Of a DNA stretch of 64,000 bases, positions 28,217 through 37,758 are shown piece by piece (the first letter of the stretch is position 1; the number at the start of each line of letters is the position of its first letter). This stretch comes from an uncultured Bacteroidales bacterium. Lineage in GTDB: Bacteria; Bacteroidota; Bacteroidia; Bacteroidales; Bacteroidaceae. The notes beneath the pieces are model-generated. The model saw only the letters and a list, made by a program, of their open reading frames with translations. It was not told the origin of the DNA and did no database searches. The position numbers and the translations under genes were made by a program. The stretch covers positions 25,939-89,938 of the forward strand of contig CADAEK010000004.1 in the NCBI GenBank assembly GCA_902786925.1, in the 5' to 3' direction.

Positions 28217-28260
28217 AAAAAAGGGCGCAGCAATAGGCATAGAAAGGCCTATTGCTGCGC
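28217..28260 (-). terminator. Rho-independent terminator of fba
   Basis: 14-bp perfect stem gcgcagcaataggc / gcctattgctgcgc (28225-28238 / 28247-28260). A U-run follows on the minus strand (A-run 28217-28222 on plus). Confidence 0.65.
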
Positions 28261-28288
28261 TTATTGATTTCAGTTCAAAATCATAAAA

Positions 28289-29287
28289 TTACTGAGCGAG
28301 CTTGCCATCAGAACCGAGCACATTCACAATCTTGTGGATGTACATTTTCTTCATGTTCTCACGAGCTGGCTTCAGGTACTGACGTGGGTCGAAATCACCA
28401 GGATGCTCAGCGAGGTGCTTACGGATAGCAGCAGTCATGGCAAGACGAGAGTCGGAGTCGATGTTGATCTTGCAGACAGCAGACTTGGCAGCCTTGCGGA
28501 GCTGCTCTTCTGGAATACCGATAGCGGCTTCAAGCTTACCGCCGTACTTGTTGATGGTCTCAACCTCTTCCATTGGAACAGAAGAAGAACCGTGGAGCAC
28601 GATTGGGAAGCCAGGGAGCTTCTTCTCAATCTCAGCGAGGATGTCGAATGCCAATGGTGGTGGCACGAGAACGCCGTTTACGAGAGTGCACTGCTCTGGA
28701 GTGAACTTGTGAGCACCGTGAGAAGTACCGATAGAGATAGCGAGAGAGTCGCAACCTGTACGAGTAGCGAAGTCAATCACCTCTTCTGGCTTTGTGTAGT
28801 GAGATTCAGCAGACTGAACTTCATCCTCAACACCAGCGAGCACACCAAGCTCAGCCTCAACAGTTACGTCAAACTGGTGAGCATAGTCAACCACCTTCTT
28901 AGCAAGAGCCACGTTCTCTTCGTATGGGAGTGAAGAACCGTCAATCATCACAGAAGAGAAACCGTTGTCAATACAGTCCTTACAAAGTTCGAATGTATCT
29001 CCGTGGTCAAGGTGGAGAACGATTTCGGGATGCTCACAGCCGAGCTCCTTTGCATATTCAACAGCACCCTTAGCAAGGTTGCGGAGAATTGTACCGTTAG
29101 CATAGTTGCGTGCGCCCTTTGACACCTGCATGATAACAGGAGACTTAGTCTCCACAGCAGCCATCACGATAGCCTGCATCTGCTCCATTGTGTTGAAGTT
29201 GAAAGCTGGAATAGCGTAACCGCCAGCAACAGCTCTCTTAAACATCTCGCGAGTATTCACGAGACCAAGGTCTTTGTAACTTACCAT
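28289..29287 (-). CDS. fba: Class II fructose-1,6-bisphosphate aldolase
   Basis: 332 aa. YAIPAFNFNTMEQ ... LHLDHG ... GTSHGAHKF are class II FBA motifs. Confidence 0.95.
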   Translation of the reverse strand: MVSYKDLGLVNTREMFKRAVAGGYAIPAFNFNTMEQMQAIVMAAVETKSPVIMQVSKGARNYANGTILRNLAKGAVEYAKELGCEHPEIVLHLDHGDTFELCKDCIDNGFSSVMIDGSSLPYEENVALAKKVVDYAHQFDVTVEAELGVLAGVEDEVQSAESHYTKPEEVIDFATRTGCDSLAISIGTSHGAHKFTPEQCTLVNGVLVPPPLAFDILAEIEKKLPGFPIVLHGSSSVPMEEVETINKYGGKLEAAIGIPEEQLRKAAKSAVCKINIDSDSRLAMTAAIRKHLAEHPGDFDPRQYLKPARENMKKMYIHKIVNVLGSDGKLAQ

Positions 29288-29337
29288 AACTTGATGAATT
29301 TATAGTTATTAAATAAAGAATGTTTCTAAAAACGGTG

Positions 29338-29345
29338 CAAAGATA
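29338..29345 (-). promoter_or_regulatory. -7 promoter box (TATCTTTG on minus strand) for fba
   Basis: Plus-strand caaagata, 50 nt upstream of the ATG at 29287. Confidence 0.5.
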
Positions 29346-29461
29346 CAGAAAAGTTAGGAGTTTAGAGTGAGGAGTCAACAGTTTTTTTGCCCCTCCAATC
29401 GCTTTTTCGTTGACTGAAACAAAAAACAGCCTTTTTGTTTTGTCCGTTTTATAAAAAGTCG

Positions 29462-29469
29462 TAACTTTG
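29462..29469 (+). promoter_or_regulatory. -7 promoter box TAACTTTG for rpmE
   Basis: TAnnTTTG match 87 nt upstream of the ATG at 29557. Confidence 0.5.
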
Positions 29470-29556
29470 CACCGCTTTTTACAAACAAAGCATTTGAAAC
29501 TTAATTATTTGTTACACCAGCAGTATTTACATTGACTGTATAAAACAAAAGAAACA

Positions 29557-29811
29557 ATGAAACAAGGTATCCATCCTGAGAACTATCGTCCTGTCATCTT
29601 CAAGGATATGTCAAACGGCGATATGTTCCTCTCTCGCTCTACAGCCAAGAGCAACGAAACAGAAGTGTTCGAAGGCCAAGAGTATCCCGTTATCAAGATT
29701 GAAATTTCTTCAACTTCTCACCCATTCTACACAGGTAAGGCTAAGCTTGTTGACACCGCAGGTCGCGTCGACAAGTTCATGAACCGCTGGGCTGTAATGA
29801 AGAAGAAGTAA
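29557..29811 (+). CDS. rpmE: 50S ribosomal protein L31, type B (no CxxC zinc ribbon)
   Basis: 84 aa. It reads MKQGIHPENY ... HPFYTG and lacks the Cys pairs of type A L31. Confidence 0.9.
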   Translation: MKQGIHPENYRPVIFKDMSNGDMFLSRSTAKSNETEVFEGQEYPVIKIEISSTSHPFYTGKAKLVDTAGRVDKFMNRWAVMKKK

Positions 29812-29874
29812 GCATGCCAAGGAGGCATACCTCCCCCAACGAAGGCAATTAGGATAATTAAGAATAATGTAAAT

Positions 29875-29914
29875 GAAGAAGGAGGCTTCACCAACCGGTG
29901 AAGCCTCCTTCTTC
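29875..29914. terminator. Hairpin terminator after rpmE, possibly bidirectional with the GT2 gene at 30055
   Basis: 18-bp perfect stem gaagaaggaggcttcacc / ggtgaagcctccttcttc with a 4-nt loop. Confidence 0.6.
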
Positions 29915-30054
29915 ATTGGCATTAGTACCACACAGATAGGAGCAGCTTTTTCACATTCCCAAAAGATTCACTAACAGCCTACCATTCTAAATACACACAA
30001 AGTCTCAAGAGTCATTGAAAGCACACCATAAGGACGATAAGAAATATAAGCGGT

Positions 30055-31041
30055 TCATCGCCCAATCATCTTACGTAGACCGAAATAGAGGTTCTCTACC
30101 AGAGAGAAGAAACAGTAGGAACGAAATGGATAATAGCCTAACTTGACCTTAAGACGCCAAGGTATACGATGCCTTTCAATGTTAGAAAGCATCTGAACAA
30201 AGAGACTCTTAATCCGTAGCCGTTCCTGAGGCAAGAAAGCCGTATGATGCTGATAGAAATAACCATAACAACCAACAAGGTTGAGCCAACGATGCGTCTC
30301 AAAAAGATTAAGGATTCCTTGCTTATCATTTAAAGTCATTGCATCTATCTGTCGCTTCATGGAAAGATTAGCTACCATGCTGTCAAAACGGTGAATAGTA
30401 CAAGCCTTTGTCATGGAAGTTGCATGCTGGCGGTAGTTATAGCGTCCTTGACAGAGCACGACCTTCCGGGAATTAAGATAATGGAGACGAGTTGTGTTTT
30501 CGTCACTATAAAGCAAACAAGTGTCATCGAAAGGAAAACGTTTGTACAGAGAGGCCTCTGCCACATACACCCCATGCAACGACCAGTCTAAACTGAGACG
30601 GAACGCCTCTTCCCCACTCCACTCAGTACGATTGTCAAGGAGTGGATAACTACGTTCACTCCCATCACTTTCCTCACACAGCATCAGCTGAAGGACTGCA
30701 CACTGTGCTTGTTTCTCTTTTAGAGACTGATATGCCCGCTCCAACGTGTCGGATTCAAACCAGTCATCAGCATCTAACGTTGCAATATATTCACCTTGAG
30801 CAAACTGCAGCCCCAAGTTACGCGCCTTTGCATGCCCGCTGTTAACGGGTGTTTGCAACACTTGAAAGCGCTGGTCCGCACGTGCATATTCCTGAAGTAG
30901 CACATAAGAGCCATCTGTTGAACAATCGTCAATGCAGATGAACTGACAATCAACCAGCGTTTGCTCACGCAAGGAGTCCAAACATTGCCGAAGATATGCT
31001 TCTGCATTATACACAGGTGTGAGCACCGTTACTTTCGCCAT
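30055..31041 (-). CDS. Glycosyltransferase family 2
   Basis: 328 aa. VTVLTPVYNAEAYLRQCLDSL ... IDDCSTDGS ... LDADD are GT2 signatures. Confidence 0.85.
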   Translation of the reverse strand: MAKVTVLTPVYNAEAYLRQCLDSLREQTLVDCQFICIDDCSTDGSYVLLQEYARADQRFQVLQTPVNSGHAKARNLGLQFAQGEYIATLDADDWFESDTLERAYQSLKEKQAQCAVLQLMLCEESDGSERSYPLLDNRTEWSGEEAFRLSLDWSLHGVYVAEASLYKRFPFDDTCLLYSDENTTRLHYLNSRKVVLCQGRYNYRQHATSMTKACTIHRFDSMVANLSMKRQIDAMTLNDKQGILNLFETHRWLNLVGCYGYFYQHHTAFLPQERLRIKSLFVQMLSNIERHRIPWRLKVKLGYYPFRSYCFFSLVENLYFGLRKMIGR

Positions 31042-32549
31042 AGCCGTTTCTTCAAGTTAGAGATGATATGTGTTCTACTCCTCATGACGATAATGGAAAT
31101 AATCACTGATGCCACCATAGCGATGGCGGCCACAGCCTTCATCCACAAGTCTGCCTGCAATGACGCAAAAACCGCCACTGAGAAGCAGAGCAATTGCATA
31201 AGATACAATCTCAGCTGACTTACATCCAGACGGAAATGATACTTGATAGCATACAGGGCATGAATAGACAACATATCCAATAAGCCAGCTACTGACAATG
31301 CCCAACCAGCACCTGACAGTCCCCAATACTTATAGGCATAGGGGATAGCTAACGCAATGAAGATGTCATACACCAGTTCTGTTAACATGTACATGCGCGA
31401 GTCGCTCTTGGCCAGAGCCAAATAAGAAACCGGCAGCGTGAAAGCCCTGAAGAAAACATAGAATGTAGCACATATCGCCATGGGAATCGCATTAACGAAT
31501 TTTGCCGAAAAGAGCAAGGGCACAAGAATCGGCATGGCCAAAACAAAGAGGGTCAACATGGGGGTCACGAGGAGCACGCCCACTTCTATCTGCTGATTGA
31601 CGGTCTGATTCATCCGTCGCAAATCGTGCTGAGTTGCTGAAAGACGAGGAAAATAGTCGGCTTCAAAAGCCACAAAGATAAGATTTGAGTAACTGACAGC
31701 AAGCGTATATCCACTGGTATATAAGCCCACAGCCACCAAGTCACCAAAATGAAGAATCAATGTACGAATGACATACTCTGCTCCTTGACCGAAAATACCT
31801 GCAATGATAAACCCAATGCCCAACCGAACCATCGGAAGGCCTTGAGCGTAAACGTCCCTTGAAAACAACGATACGTGCCATGGAATCACTTTGTTTGAAT
31901 GATGTAGATGGATGGCAAGAGTCACGATGCTGCATAATACTAACGAATAGACAACTCCATCCATTCTCCAGAAATAGTAAATGGGAGCAGAAACAACAAA
32001 CGTAGCCAATGCGCCAAAAACAGAAATCAGGGCCACCCTTTTCAGTTTCTTCAGTCCTTTCAGTATAGCCATCTCGCCTCCTTGGATAGTCAACAGGCAT
32101 ACTGACAGGGAGAGAAGAACAAAGTCCCATGTGTAGTCCTCCGTTTCGAAAGTCCAAATACTCAGAACCCTGCACAAAAGCAATGCCAACAGCATGCCAA
32201 ACAGTCCTGTAAACAAGCACCAGGTTCTAACCGTTCGAACCAAATCCTGCTTCTCTGCCTCCGAACCATAATCCGACAGTTCTGCCACATGCTTGACCGC
32301 ACTAAATGAAAGACCAAAATCTGTTGACTGGCTAATGAGTTTAATGGCGTTGTTAAAAAGATTGATCAATGCCACGCCCGATGGGCCAAGAAGCTCCGAC
32401 ACGACCTTGTTCCTCACAATAGCAACAAGCATCATGATACTCTGAACGCCTCCGAACAGCCCTGTGTATTTTATCACATGGTCGTAGGTTGCATCTGCCT
32501 CTTTCGGAGAGCCCGTGGGTTTATTAGGAGTTTCTTCTGTCATTTTCAA
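31029..32549 (-). CDS. wzx: Oligosaccharide/polysaccharide flippase (MOP superfamily, Wzx-like)
   Basis: 506 aa with about 12-14 hydrophobic helices. It overlaps the downstream GT2 gene by 13 nt. Confidence 0.75.
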   Translation of the reverse strand: MKMTEETPNKPTGSPKEADATYDHVIKYTGLFGGVQSIMMLVAIVRNKVVSELLGPSGVALINLFNNAIKLISQSTDFGLSFSAVKHVAELSDYGSEAEKQDLVRTVRTWCLFTGLFGMLLALLLCRVLSIWTFETEDYTWDFVLLSLSVCLLTIQGGEMAILKGLKKLKRVALISVFGALATFVVSAPIYYFWRMDGVVYSLVLCSIVTLAIHLHHSNKVIPWHVSLFSRDVYAQGLPMVRLGIGFIIAGIFGQGAEYVIRTLILHFGDLVAVGLYTSGYTLAVSYSNLIFVAFEADYFPRLSATQHDLRRMNQTVNQQIEVGVLLVTPMLTLFVLAMPILVPLLFSAKFVNAIPMAICATFYVFFRAFTLPVSYLALAKSDSRMYMLTELVYDIFIALAIPYAYKYWGLSGAGWALSVAGLLDMLSIHALYAIKYHFRLDVSQLRLYLMQLLCFSVAVFASLQADLWMKAVAAIAMVASVIISIIVMRSRTHIISNLKKRLWRK

Positions 32550-32560
32550 AAATTATCGTA

Positions 32561-32568
32561 CAAAGATA
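32561..32568 (-). promoter_or_regulatory. -7 promoter box (TATCTTTG on minus strand) for wzx-GT2
   Basis: Plus-strand caaagata, only 11 nt upstream of the ATG at 32549, which implies a very short leader. Confidence 0.4.
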
Positions 32569-32591
32569 CCGCTTTTTTCTTGAATATTGAC

Positions 32592-32599
32592 TAATTTTG
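32592..32599 (+). promoter_or_regulatory. -7 promoter box TAATTTTG for the 2-hydroxyacid dehydrogenase gene
   Basis: TAnnTTTG match 18 nt upstream of the ATG at 32618. Confidence 0.45.
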
Positions 32600-32617
32600 T
32601 ACCGAAAACATTGACTT

Positions 32618-33571
32618 ATGAAAATAGTTATACTTGACGCATACACAGTAGACCAAGGCGAACTGACTTGGGAGGGTTTGGAAAAACTGGCTGAGGTAGA
32701 AGCTTATGAACGCACCTCACCAGAAGATGTGGTAGAACGTTGCAAGGGAGCGGAAATTGTGCTCACCAACAAGGTGGTGCTTGACGGATCAGTGCTCAAT
32801 ATGTTGCCGCGATTACAATACATAGGCGTGCTTGCCACTGGTTATAACGTGGTTGACCTTGAAGTAGCGAGCCGACAAAACATTGTTGTTACCAACATCC
32901 CAGCCTACTCTACTGAGAGTGTGGCTCAAATGGTTTTCTGTCACCTGCTCAACATTGTCAGCCATGTTGATTATTACGCCATAGAAAACCGTAGTGGAAG
33001 ATGGGCAAAATCGCCAGACTTCTGTTATCTCGACCATAACCTTTTCGAACTCTACGGGAAGAAGATAGGCATCATCGGACTCGGAAACACAGGCATGGCA
33101 ACAGCACGCATTGCCACAGGATTTGGACTTCAAGTACTTGCCTATACCTCAAAAGACGAGAAAGGCCTTCCCTACAACATTAAAACTGCCGACCTTGATA
33201 CTATCTTCGAGCAGTGTGACATTGTTTCTCTGCATTGCCCTCTCACCGACGACACACATCATCTTGTCAATGCACAAAGGCTCGCCACAATGAAGCCATC
33301 CGCCATACTCATTAACACGGGTAGAGGTCCCCTTGTCGATGATGCCGCTGTAGCAGAGGCGCTCAACAATGATCAACTCGCAGCTTATGGAGCCGACGTG
33401 CTTACTACAGAGCCACCTGCAGCAGACAACCCACTCCTTGCTGCAAAAAATAGTTATCTCACCCCTCATATAGCATGGGCTACACGCGAGGCGAGACTAC
33501 GACTCATCAATATCTGTACTGAAAATGTACGTGCATACATAGAGGGAGAACCTATCAATCAGGTCAACTAA
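32618..33571 (+). CDS. D-isomer-specific 2-hydroxyacid dehydrogenase (glycerate dehydrogenase-like)
   Basis: 317 aa. It has the NAD-binding IGIIGLGNTG, and later NTGRG and TPHIAWAT. Confidence 0.85.
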   Translation: MKIVILDAYTVDQGELTWEGLEKLAEVEAYERTSPEDVVERCKGAEIVLTNKVVLDGSVLNMLPRLQYIGVLATGYNVVDLEVASRQNIVVTNIPAYSTESVAQMVFCHLLNIVSHVDYYAIENRSGRWAKSPDFCYLDHNLFELYGKKIGIIGLGNTGMATARIATGFGLQVLAYTSKDEKGLPYNIKTADLDTIFEQCDIVSLHCPLTDDTHHLVNAQRLATMKPSAILINTGRGPLVDDAAVAEALNNDQLAAYGADVLTTEPPAADNPLLAAKNSYLTPHIAWATREARLRLINICTENVRAYIEGEPINQVN

Positions 33572-33620
33572 CACGAATGATAGGGGGCGATTACCATCCA
33601 CGCCCCATCATAATAGCTAC

Positions 33621-33656
33621 GGGCGCTCAACGTATACCATTCCACGTTGAGCGCCC
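33621..33656 (+). terminator. Rho-independent terminator after the 2-hydroxyacid dehydrogenase gene
   Basis: 13-bp perfect stem gggcgctcaacgt / acgttgagcgccc, followed by gtttt. It sits between convergent genes. Confidence 0.65.
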
Positions 33657-33670
33657 GTTTTCTCTATGCA

Positions 33671-34276
33671 TCACTTGATGCCCTCTTCCGTCACTTGGGC
33701 ACGCACACGACTTAAGGTCTCAGGTGTCATTTGGAGGTATGAGGCAACATTATGCAGAGGTGCACGACGAATAATCTCCGGATTCTCGTGCATCGTACGC
33801 ACATAGCGTTCCTTCGCCGTTTCAAAGCGAAGTGTATCTGCTTTCTGCTGAGAGATAATAAGCGAACGCTGATAGAATTTAAAAATGAGTTGGCATAATT
33901 CATACGAATGACGAGCTAACGCATGCATTTCGTCGTATGGAATGCCATACACAATGCTTGGTTCAATAGTCGAAGCCACAATCTTGGAAGGCTGCCTCAA
34001 GAAAAAGCTCTCAATACATATGACCATATCGCCTTCATGGCTAATATGTTCTGTTACAGTCACGTTATTCTTCGAGTAATGCTGCAACACCATTCCTTTT
34101 TCTACATAGAACATATAGTTGCATACATCACCTTCAGCCACCAGCTGGTGACCCCTCAGCACCTTCATCGGCACCAAGATATTGGCAAACGCACGCAACA
34201 CTTCCACGCTCAATGTCACGCCATAGCTTCGGCAAATGTCTTTTGCCACATCTCGTCGTCTGTCATTAAGATTCAT
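33671..34276 (-). CDS. Crp/Fnr family transcriptional regulator
   Basis: 201 aa with an N-terminal cNMP-binding-like beta-roll and a C-terminal HTH (VASYLQMTPETLSRVR). Confidence 0.8.
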   Translation of the reverse strand: MNLNDRRRDVAKDICRSYGVTLSVEVLRAFANILVPMKVLRGHQLVAEGDVCNYMFYVEKGMVLQHYSKNNVTVTEHISHEGDMVICIESFFLRQPSKIVASTIEPSIVYGIPYDEMHALARHSYELCQLIFKFYQRSLIISQQKADTLRFETAKERYVRTMHENPEIIRRAPLHNVASYLQMTPETLSRVRAQVTEEGIK

Positions 34277-34340
34277 AGTCGTCTGTTATAAGGTTATTAG
34301 GGCATTAATCGTTAATCATTAGTTGCTAATCTTATCATTA

Positions 34341-35012
34341 TCAGTTATACTGACGCTCTCCAAAAATCCTGCTACCGACTCTCACCATCGTGCTACCATG
34401 CTGCTGAGCAATCAAATAGTCACCACTCATGCCCATAGACAGTTCCTTGAACCAAGGAGCATCTGAAAAGAAACGCTTCTTCACTCCATCAAAGAGACTG
34501 TGCACGGTCTCAAACTCATCTGCAATCTGTACCTCATCGTCTGTATTCGTGGCCATCGCCATCAACCCTACAATGCGTACATGGTCATACGGTCTCCACT
34601 CTCCGTCGATCAACATTTGCTCCAGTTCCTCAGGAGAGAAGCCGAACTTTGTTTCCTCCTTTGCGACATGCACCTGTAAGAGCACATCAATCACTCTACC
34701 ACACTTCTGTGCCTGCTTATCAATCTCTTTCAGCAGTTTCATAGTATCCACTGCATGAATAAGACTTATAAACGGAGCCATATATTTAACCTTGTTGGTC
34801 TGCAAATGTCCAATGAAATGCCACTCAATATCTTTGGGCAACACTTCCTGCTTCGCCATTAGCTCCTGCACATGACTCTCGCCAAACACACGCTGTCCAG
34901 CACTGTATGCCTCCTGTAAAGCCTCAACGGGATGGAATTTTGACACTGCCACCAAATGCACATCTGGCTTCAGCGTGTCCAAAATCTTCTGCAAATTCGC
35001 CTTAATCGACAT
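34341..35012 (-). CDS. yggS: YggS family pyridoxal-phosphate homeostasis protein
   Basis: 223 aa. LVAVSKFHP ... WHFIGHLQTNKVKY ... LSMGMSGDY are YggS/PROSC signatures. Confidence 0.9.
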   Translation of the reverse strand: MSIKANLQKILDTLKPDVHLVAVSKFHPVEALQEAYSAGQRVFGESHVQELMAKQEVLPKDIEWHFIGHLQTNKVKYMAPFISLIHAVDTMKLLKEIDKQAQKCGRVIDVLLQVHVAKEETKFGFSPEELEQMLIDGEWRPYDHVRIVGLMAMATNTDDEVQIADEFETVHSLFDGVKKRFFSDAPWFKELSMGMSGDYLIAQQHGSTMVRVGSRIFGERQYN

Positions 35013-35049
35013 CTGACATTAACAATTAAAAATAATCAATGGATTCACT

Positions 35050-35529
35050 TCAACCCTCATATTCTGGCTTTGCCTCATCCTTCCTCTCATGCACCGCATA
35101 ACGGAACACATCCATAATTTTCGTTTCTGCCAATGACGCAATTCGGTAATCCATGAGTGAGCCCTTCATTCCTTTTCCGAAATTCTCTACAGCATCGTGG
35201 AAAGTACCGGCCTGCACCAGCATGTTGTTGGCAATCTCCTTCTCTGTCTGCGTTTTCTCATCAAGTGTAATGAACAGACAACGAACCTTGTACCATTTGT
35301 CTGCCACATCGCTGTCACTAGGGAAAATCTCTGCGTACTTCACGCGCTTGATGTCCGTCACGTCCAAATTTCCATGGGCAAAAGGCTTCACCTCTTCAAT
35401 GACACGTGACTCCGCCTCTGTAAAGTTCAAAGCGTCTACAAGATAAACAAACGGCAGCGGTTTCGTTGTGCCGTCATCCTGCATCACATCCATCTTCACC
35501 TTACATTCAAACCAACTATTGATTTCCAT
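35050..35529 (-). CDS. DUF4494-like protein (uncharacterised, Bacteroidetes)
   Basis: 159 aa. SWFECKVKMDVMQDDGTTKP...YLVDALNFTEAESRVIEE matches my recollection of the DUF4494 family. It lies 37 nt upstream of yggS. Confidence 0.6.
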   Translation of the reverse strand: MEINSWFECKVKMDVMQDDGTTKPLPFVYLVDALNFTEAESRVIEEVKPFAHGNLDVTDIKRVKYAEIFPSDSDVADKWYKVRCLFITLDEKTQTEKEIANNMLVQAGTFHDAVENFGKGMKGSLMDYRIASLAETKIMDVFRYAVHERKDEAKPEYEG

Positions 35530-35573
35530 ATTGTTTTTCCTTTCTGTTTATGTGTTCATCATTGTTGTTTGTG

Positions 35574-35581
35574 CAAAGTTA
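35574..35581 (-). promoter_or_regulatory. -7 promoter box (TAACTTTG on minus strand) for DUF4494-yggS
   Basis: Plus-strand caaagtta, 44 nt upstream of the ATG at 35529. Confidence 0.5.
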
Positions 35582-35815
35582 ATGCATGTCAAGCGAAGAA
35601 AAAAATAAAACCGCTTTTATTTTTCTTTTCCACATCTGATTCCCCTTCCCTCCCTTTTTATATGCCAAGCTTCAATGCATCACACTCTCTAAAAGAAAGG
35701 AAATGTTCATCATTCACAAACACAAAGGATGATCCAACGATACATAACAAGGCCATATTCTGTCGTCGTAATTACTGACGAAACGAAACAAGAGATCTTC
35801 GTCTTATATACATAT

Positions 35816-35858
35816 AAAAACAGCCATCTGCTATACTCTTACGTATAACAAATGGCTG
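35816..35858 (-). terminator. Terminator of the rnf operon
   Basis: Stem cagccatctg / caaatggctg (10 bp with one mismatch). A UUUUU run follows on the minus strand (A-run 35816-35820 on plus). Confidence 0.5.
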
Positions 35859-35894
35859 AGAAAACACTTTCTATTTACTCTATTAAACTACTCA

Positions 35895-36506
35895 CTATAA
35901 GCCGAAGAGTATTTTTAAGCCTCCATCTACACCGCTGAAACCCATAAAGGCCATCGCGAGAAGACCTGCTGTGACAAGAGCTATGGGCACTCCACGGAAA
36001 GACTTAGGCACATCGATAAGCTCAAGTTGTTCACGGAGTCCTGCAAAGAGCACCATCGCTAAAAGGAAACCGACACCCGTAGCCAAAGCGTAAATGACCC
36101 CTTCAAGTAGGTCATACTCCTTCTGGATGACGAGGATGGCCACGCCAAGGATACAGCAATTGGTGGTGATGAGTGGAAGGAAAACACCGAGAGCCTGATA
36201 GAGGGCTGGCATTGTCTTCTTAAGAATAATTTCAATCATCTGCACCAAAGCCGCGACGACTAGAATGAAAGCGATAGTTTGCAGGTACTCAAGGCCAAAT
36301 GCATTGAGCACATACACCTGAATGAGGTAGGTGACGATGGTGGCAACCACAAGCACCGCTGTAACTGCCATACCCATACCTGAAGCTGTATCAACCTTCT
36401 TGGACACGCCCAAGAAAGGACAGATACCAAGAAACTGCGCCAACACGACATTATTGACGAAGATGGCAACAATGATAATTAATATCAAATTCAATACATA
36501 ATCCAT
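35895..36506 (-). CDS. rnfA: Rnf electron transport complex subunit A
   Basis: 203-aa polytopic protein. NNVVLAQFLGICPFLGVS is typical of RnfA/RsxA. Confidence 0.9.
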   Translation of the reverse strand: MDYVLNLILIIIVAIFVNNVVLAQFLGICPFLGVSKKVDTASGMGMAVTAVLVVATIVTYLIQVYVLNAFGLEYLQTIAFILVVAALVQMIEIILKKTMPALYQALGVFLPLITTNCCILGVAILVIQKEYDLLEGVIYALATGVGFLLAMVLFAGLREQLELIDVPKSFRGVPIALVTAGLLAMAFMGFSGVDGGLKILFGL

Positions 36507-36518
36507 AGTCTGTCCTTC

Positions 36519-37106
36519 TTATGCTTTCTTTGTAATTTTATTAAACAATACGATAAGGTAGCCGAGAGCGAGGAATGCTCCAGGAGCAAGCACAAACATC
36601 AACATGCCGTAATTCTCGCCCCAGAGAGTGACGCCGAAGATAGCACCTGTACCGAGAAGTTCACGCACTGCGCCCAAACAGGTGAGACCAAGCGTGAAGC
36701 CAAGCCCGATACCGATACCATCGAAAATAGAGGCAACAGGACCGTTCTTAGCAGCAAAAGACTCTGCACGACCAAGAATAATGCAGTTCACCACAATAAG
36801 AGGGATGAAGAGTCCAAGGCTCTTGTCGATGTCTGGCGCGTATGCCTTAATAAGCATCTGAAGCACCGTCACAAGACTTGCTATGACCACGATGTAGGAA
36901 GGGATGCGCACGGCATCAGGAATTAGTTTCTTAATGCTGGCAATGATAAAATTGGAGAGGATGAGCACACACATGGTAGCAAGGCCCATCGACATTCCAT
37001 TGATAGCGGATGAAGTGGTACCCAAGGTTGGACACATACCCAAAAGAAGGACGAACGTAGGATTCTCCTTGATGATACCATTCACCAATACTTTGAAGTT
37101 ATTCAT
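36519..37106 (-). CDS. rnfE: Rnf electron transport complex subunit E
   Basis: 195 aa. NPTFVLLLGMCPTLGTT is typical of RnfE/RsxE. Confidence 0.9.
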   Translation of the reverse strand: MNNFKVLVNGIIKENPTFVLLLGMCPTLGTTSSAINGMSMGLATMCVLILSNFIIASIKKLIPDAVRIPSYIVVIASLVTVLQMLIKAYAPDIDKSLGLFIPLIVVNCIILGRAESFAAKNGPVASIFDGIGIGLGFTLGLTCLGAVRELLGTGAIFGVTLWGENYGMLMFVLAPGAFLALGYLIVLFNKITKKA

Positions 37107-37130
37107 ATTTCTTTTCCTTTCTTTTAGGGG

Positions 37131-37745
37131 TTATTCAATTACGTCTGGGGTTCCCATGTCAGAAGCAGATGCTTGTTGAGTAGCACCAGAAGTGGCATCC
37201 TGTCCTGCGAAGACTTTATCATAAGCCTTTTGAATGGCAAGCAAGAACGCACGACTGGTAATGGTAGATGCGGTGATGGCATCAACCTCGCCGCCATCCT
37301 TGCTCACGGTGAAGTTGTTCTTACCAGGATTCATGCCCTTTATTTTGTCTTGGAACCACTCACCAGCCTTGGCACCAAGACCAGGAGTCTCTGCGTGCTC
37401 AAGCACAGTGTAGCCGAGGATGTCACCTTCAGTATTGAAACCAACAAGTACCTTGAGTGGACCGCCAAAACCATTCTCGGTGGTAACGATAGCCTTGCCA
37501 AGCAAGTTTCCTTCCTTGTCGTTAATATCGTAGACAGTGAAAGCATCGACTTCCCAAGGCTCTGATACTTGAATGTCATCACTACCCATCACAGCCTTGA
37601 TGCCTGCGCTCAGGTTTTCTGCATTAATCTTCTCTATCTGAGGAGCAGTCACAGCATTGACTGAAGCCAACACTCCTGCTGCCACAATGGTGATGACGGT
37701 GAGAACCGTCAGCATATTGGTTAATGAAGATTTTAACTTTTTCAT
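37131..37745 (-). CDS. rnfG: Rnf electron transport complex subunit G (FMN-binding)
   Basis: The start was moved to MKKLKSSL, which is preceded by aaggagg. It has one TM helix and then the FMN-binding motif DAITASTITSRA. Confidence 0.85.
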   Translation of the reverse strand: MKKLKSSLTNMLTVLTVITIVAAGVLASVNAVTAPQIEKINAENLSAGIKAVMGSDDIQVSEPWEVDAFTVYDINDKEGNLLGKAIVTTENGFGGPLKVLVGFNTEGDILGYTVLEHAETPGLGAKAGEWFQDKIKGMNPGKNNFTVSKDGGEVDAITASTITSRAFLLAIQKAYDKVFAGQDATSGATQQASASDMGTPDVIE

Positions 37746-37758
37746 ACAAAATCCTCCT

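Noticed and set aside
28211-28240. Upstream start (28240) of the PAP2 gene
   Set aside because: That ATG lies in the loop of the fba terminator hairpin (28225-28260). The canonical signal peptide begins at the next Met (28210).
35569-35778. 69-aa ORF in the DUF4494-rnfA intergenic region
   Set aside because: It has a GTG/odd start, overlaps the minus-strand promoter box, and has low-complexity composition with no support. The same applies to 41810-42022 and 2047-2343.
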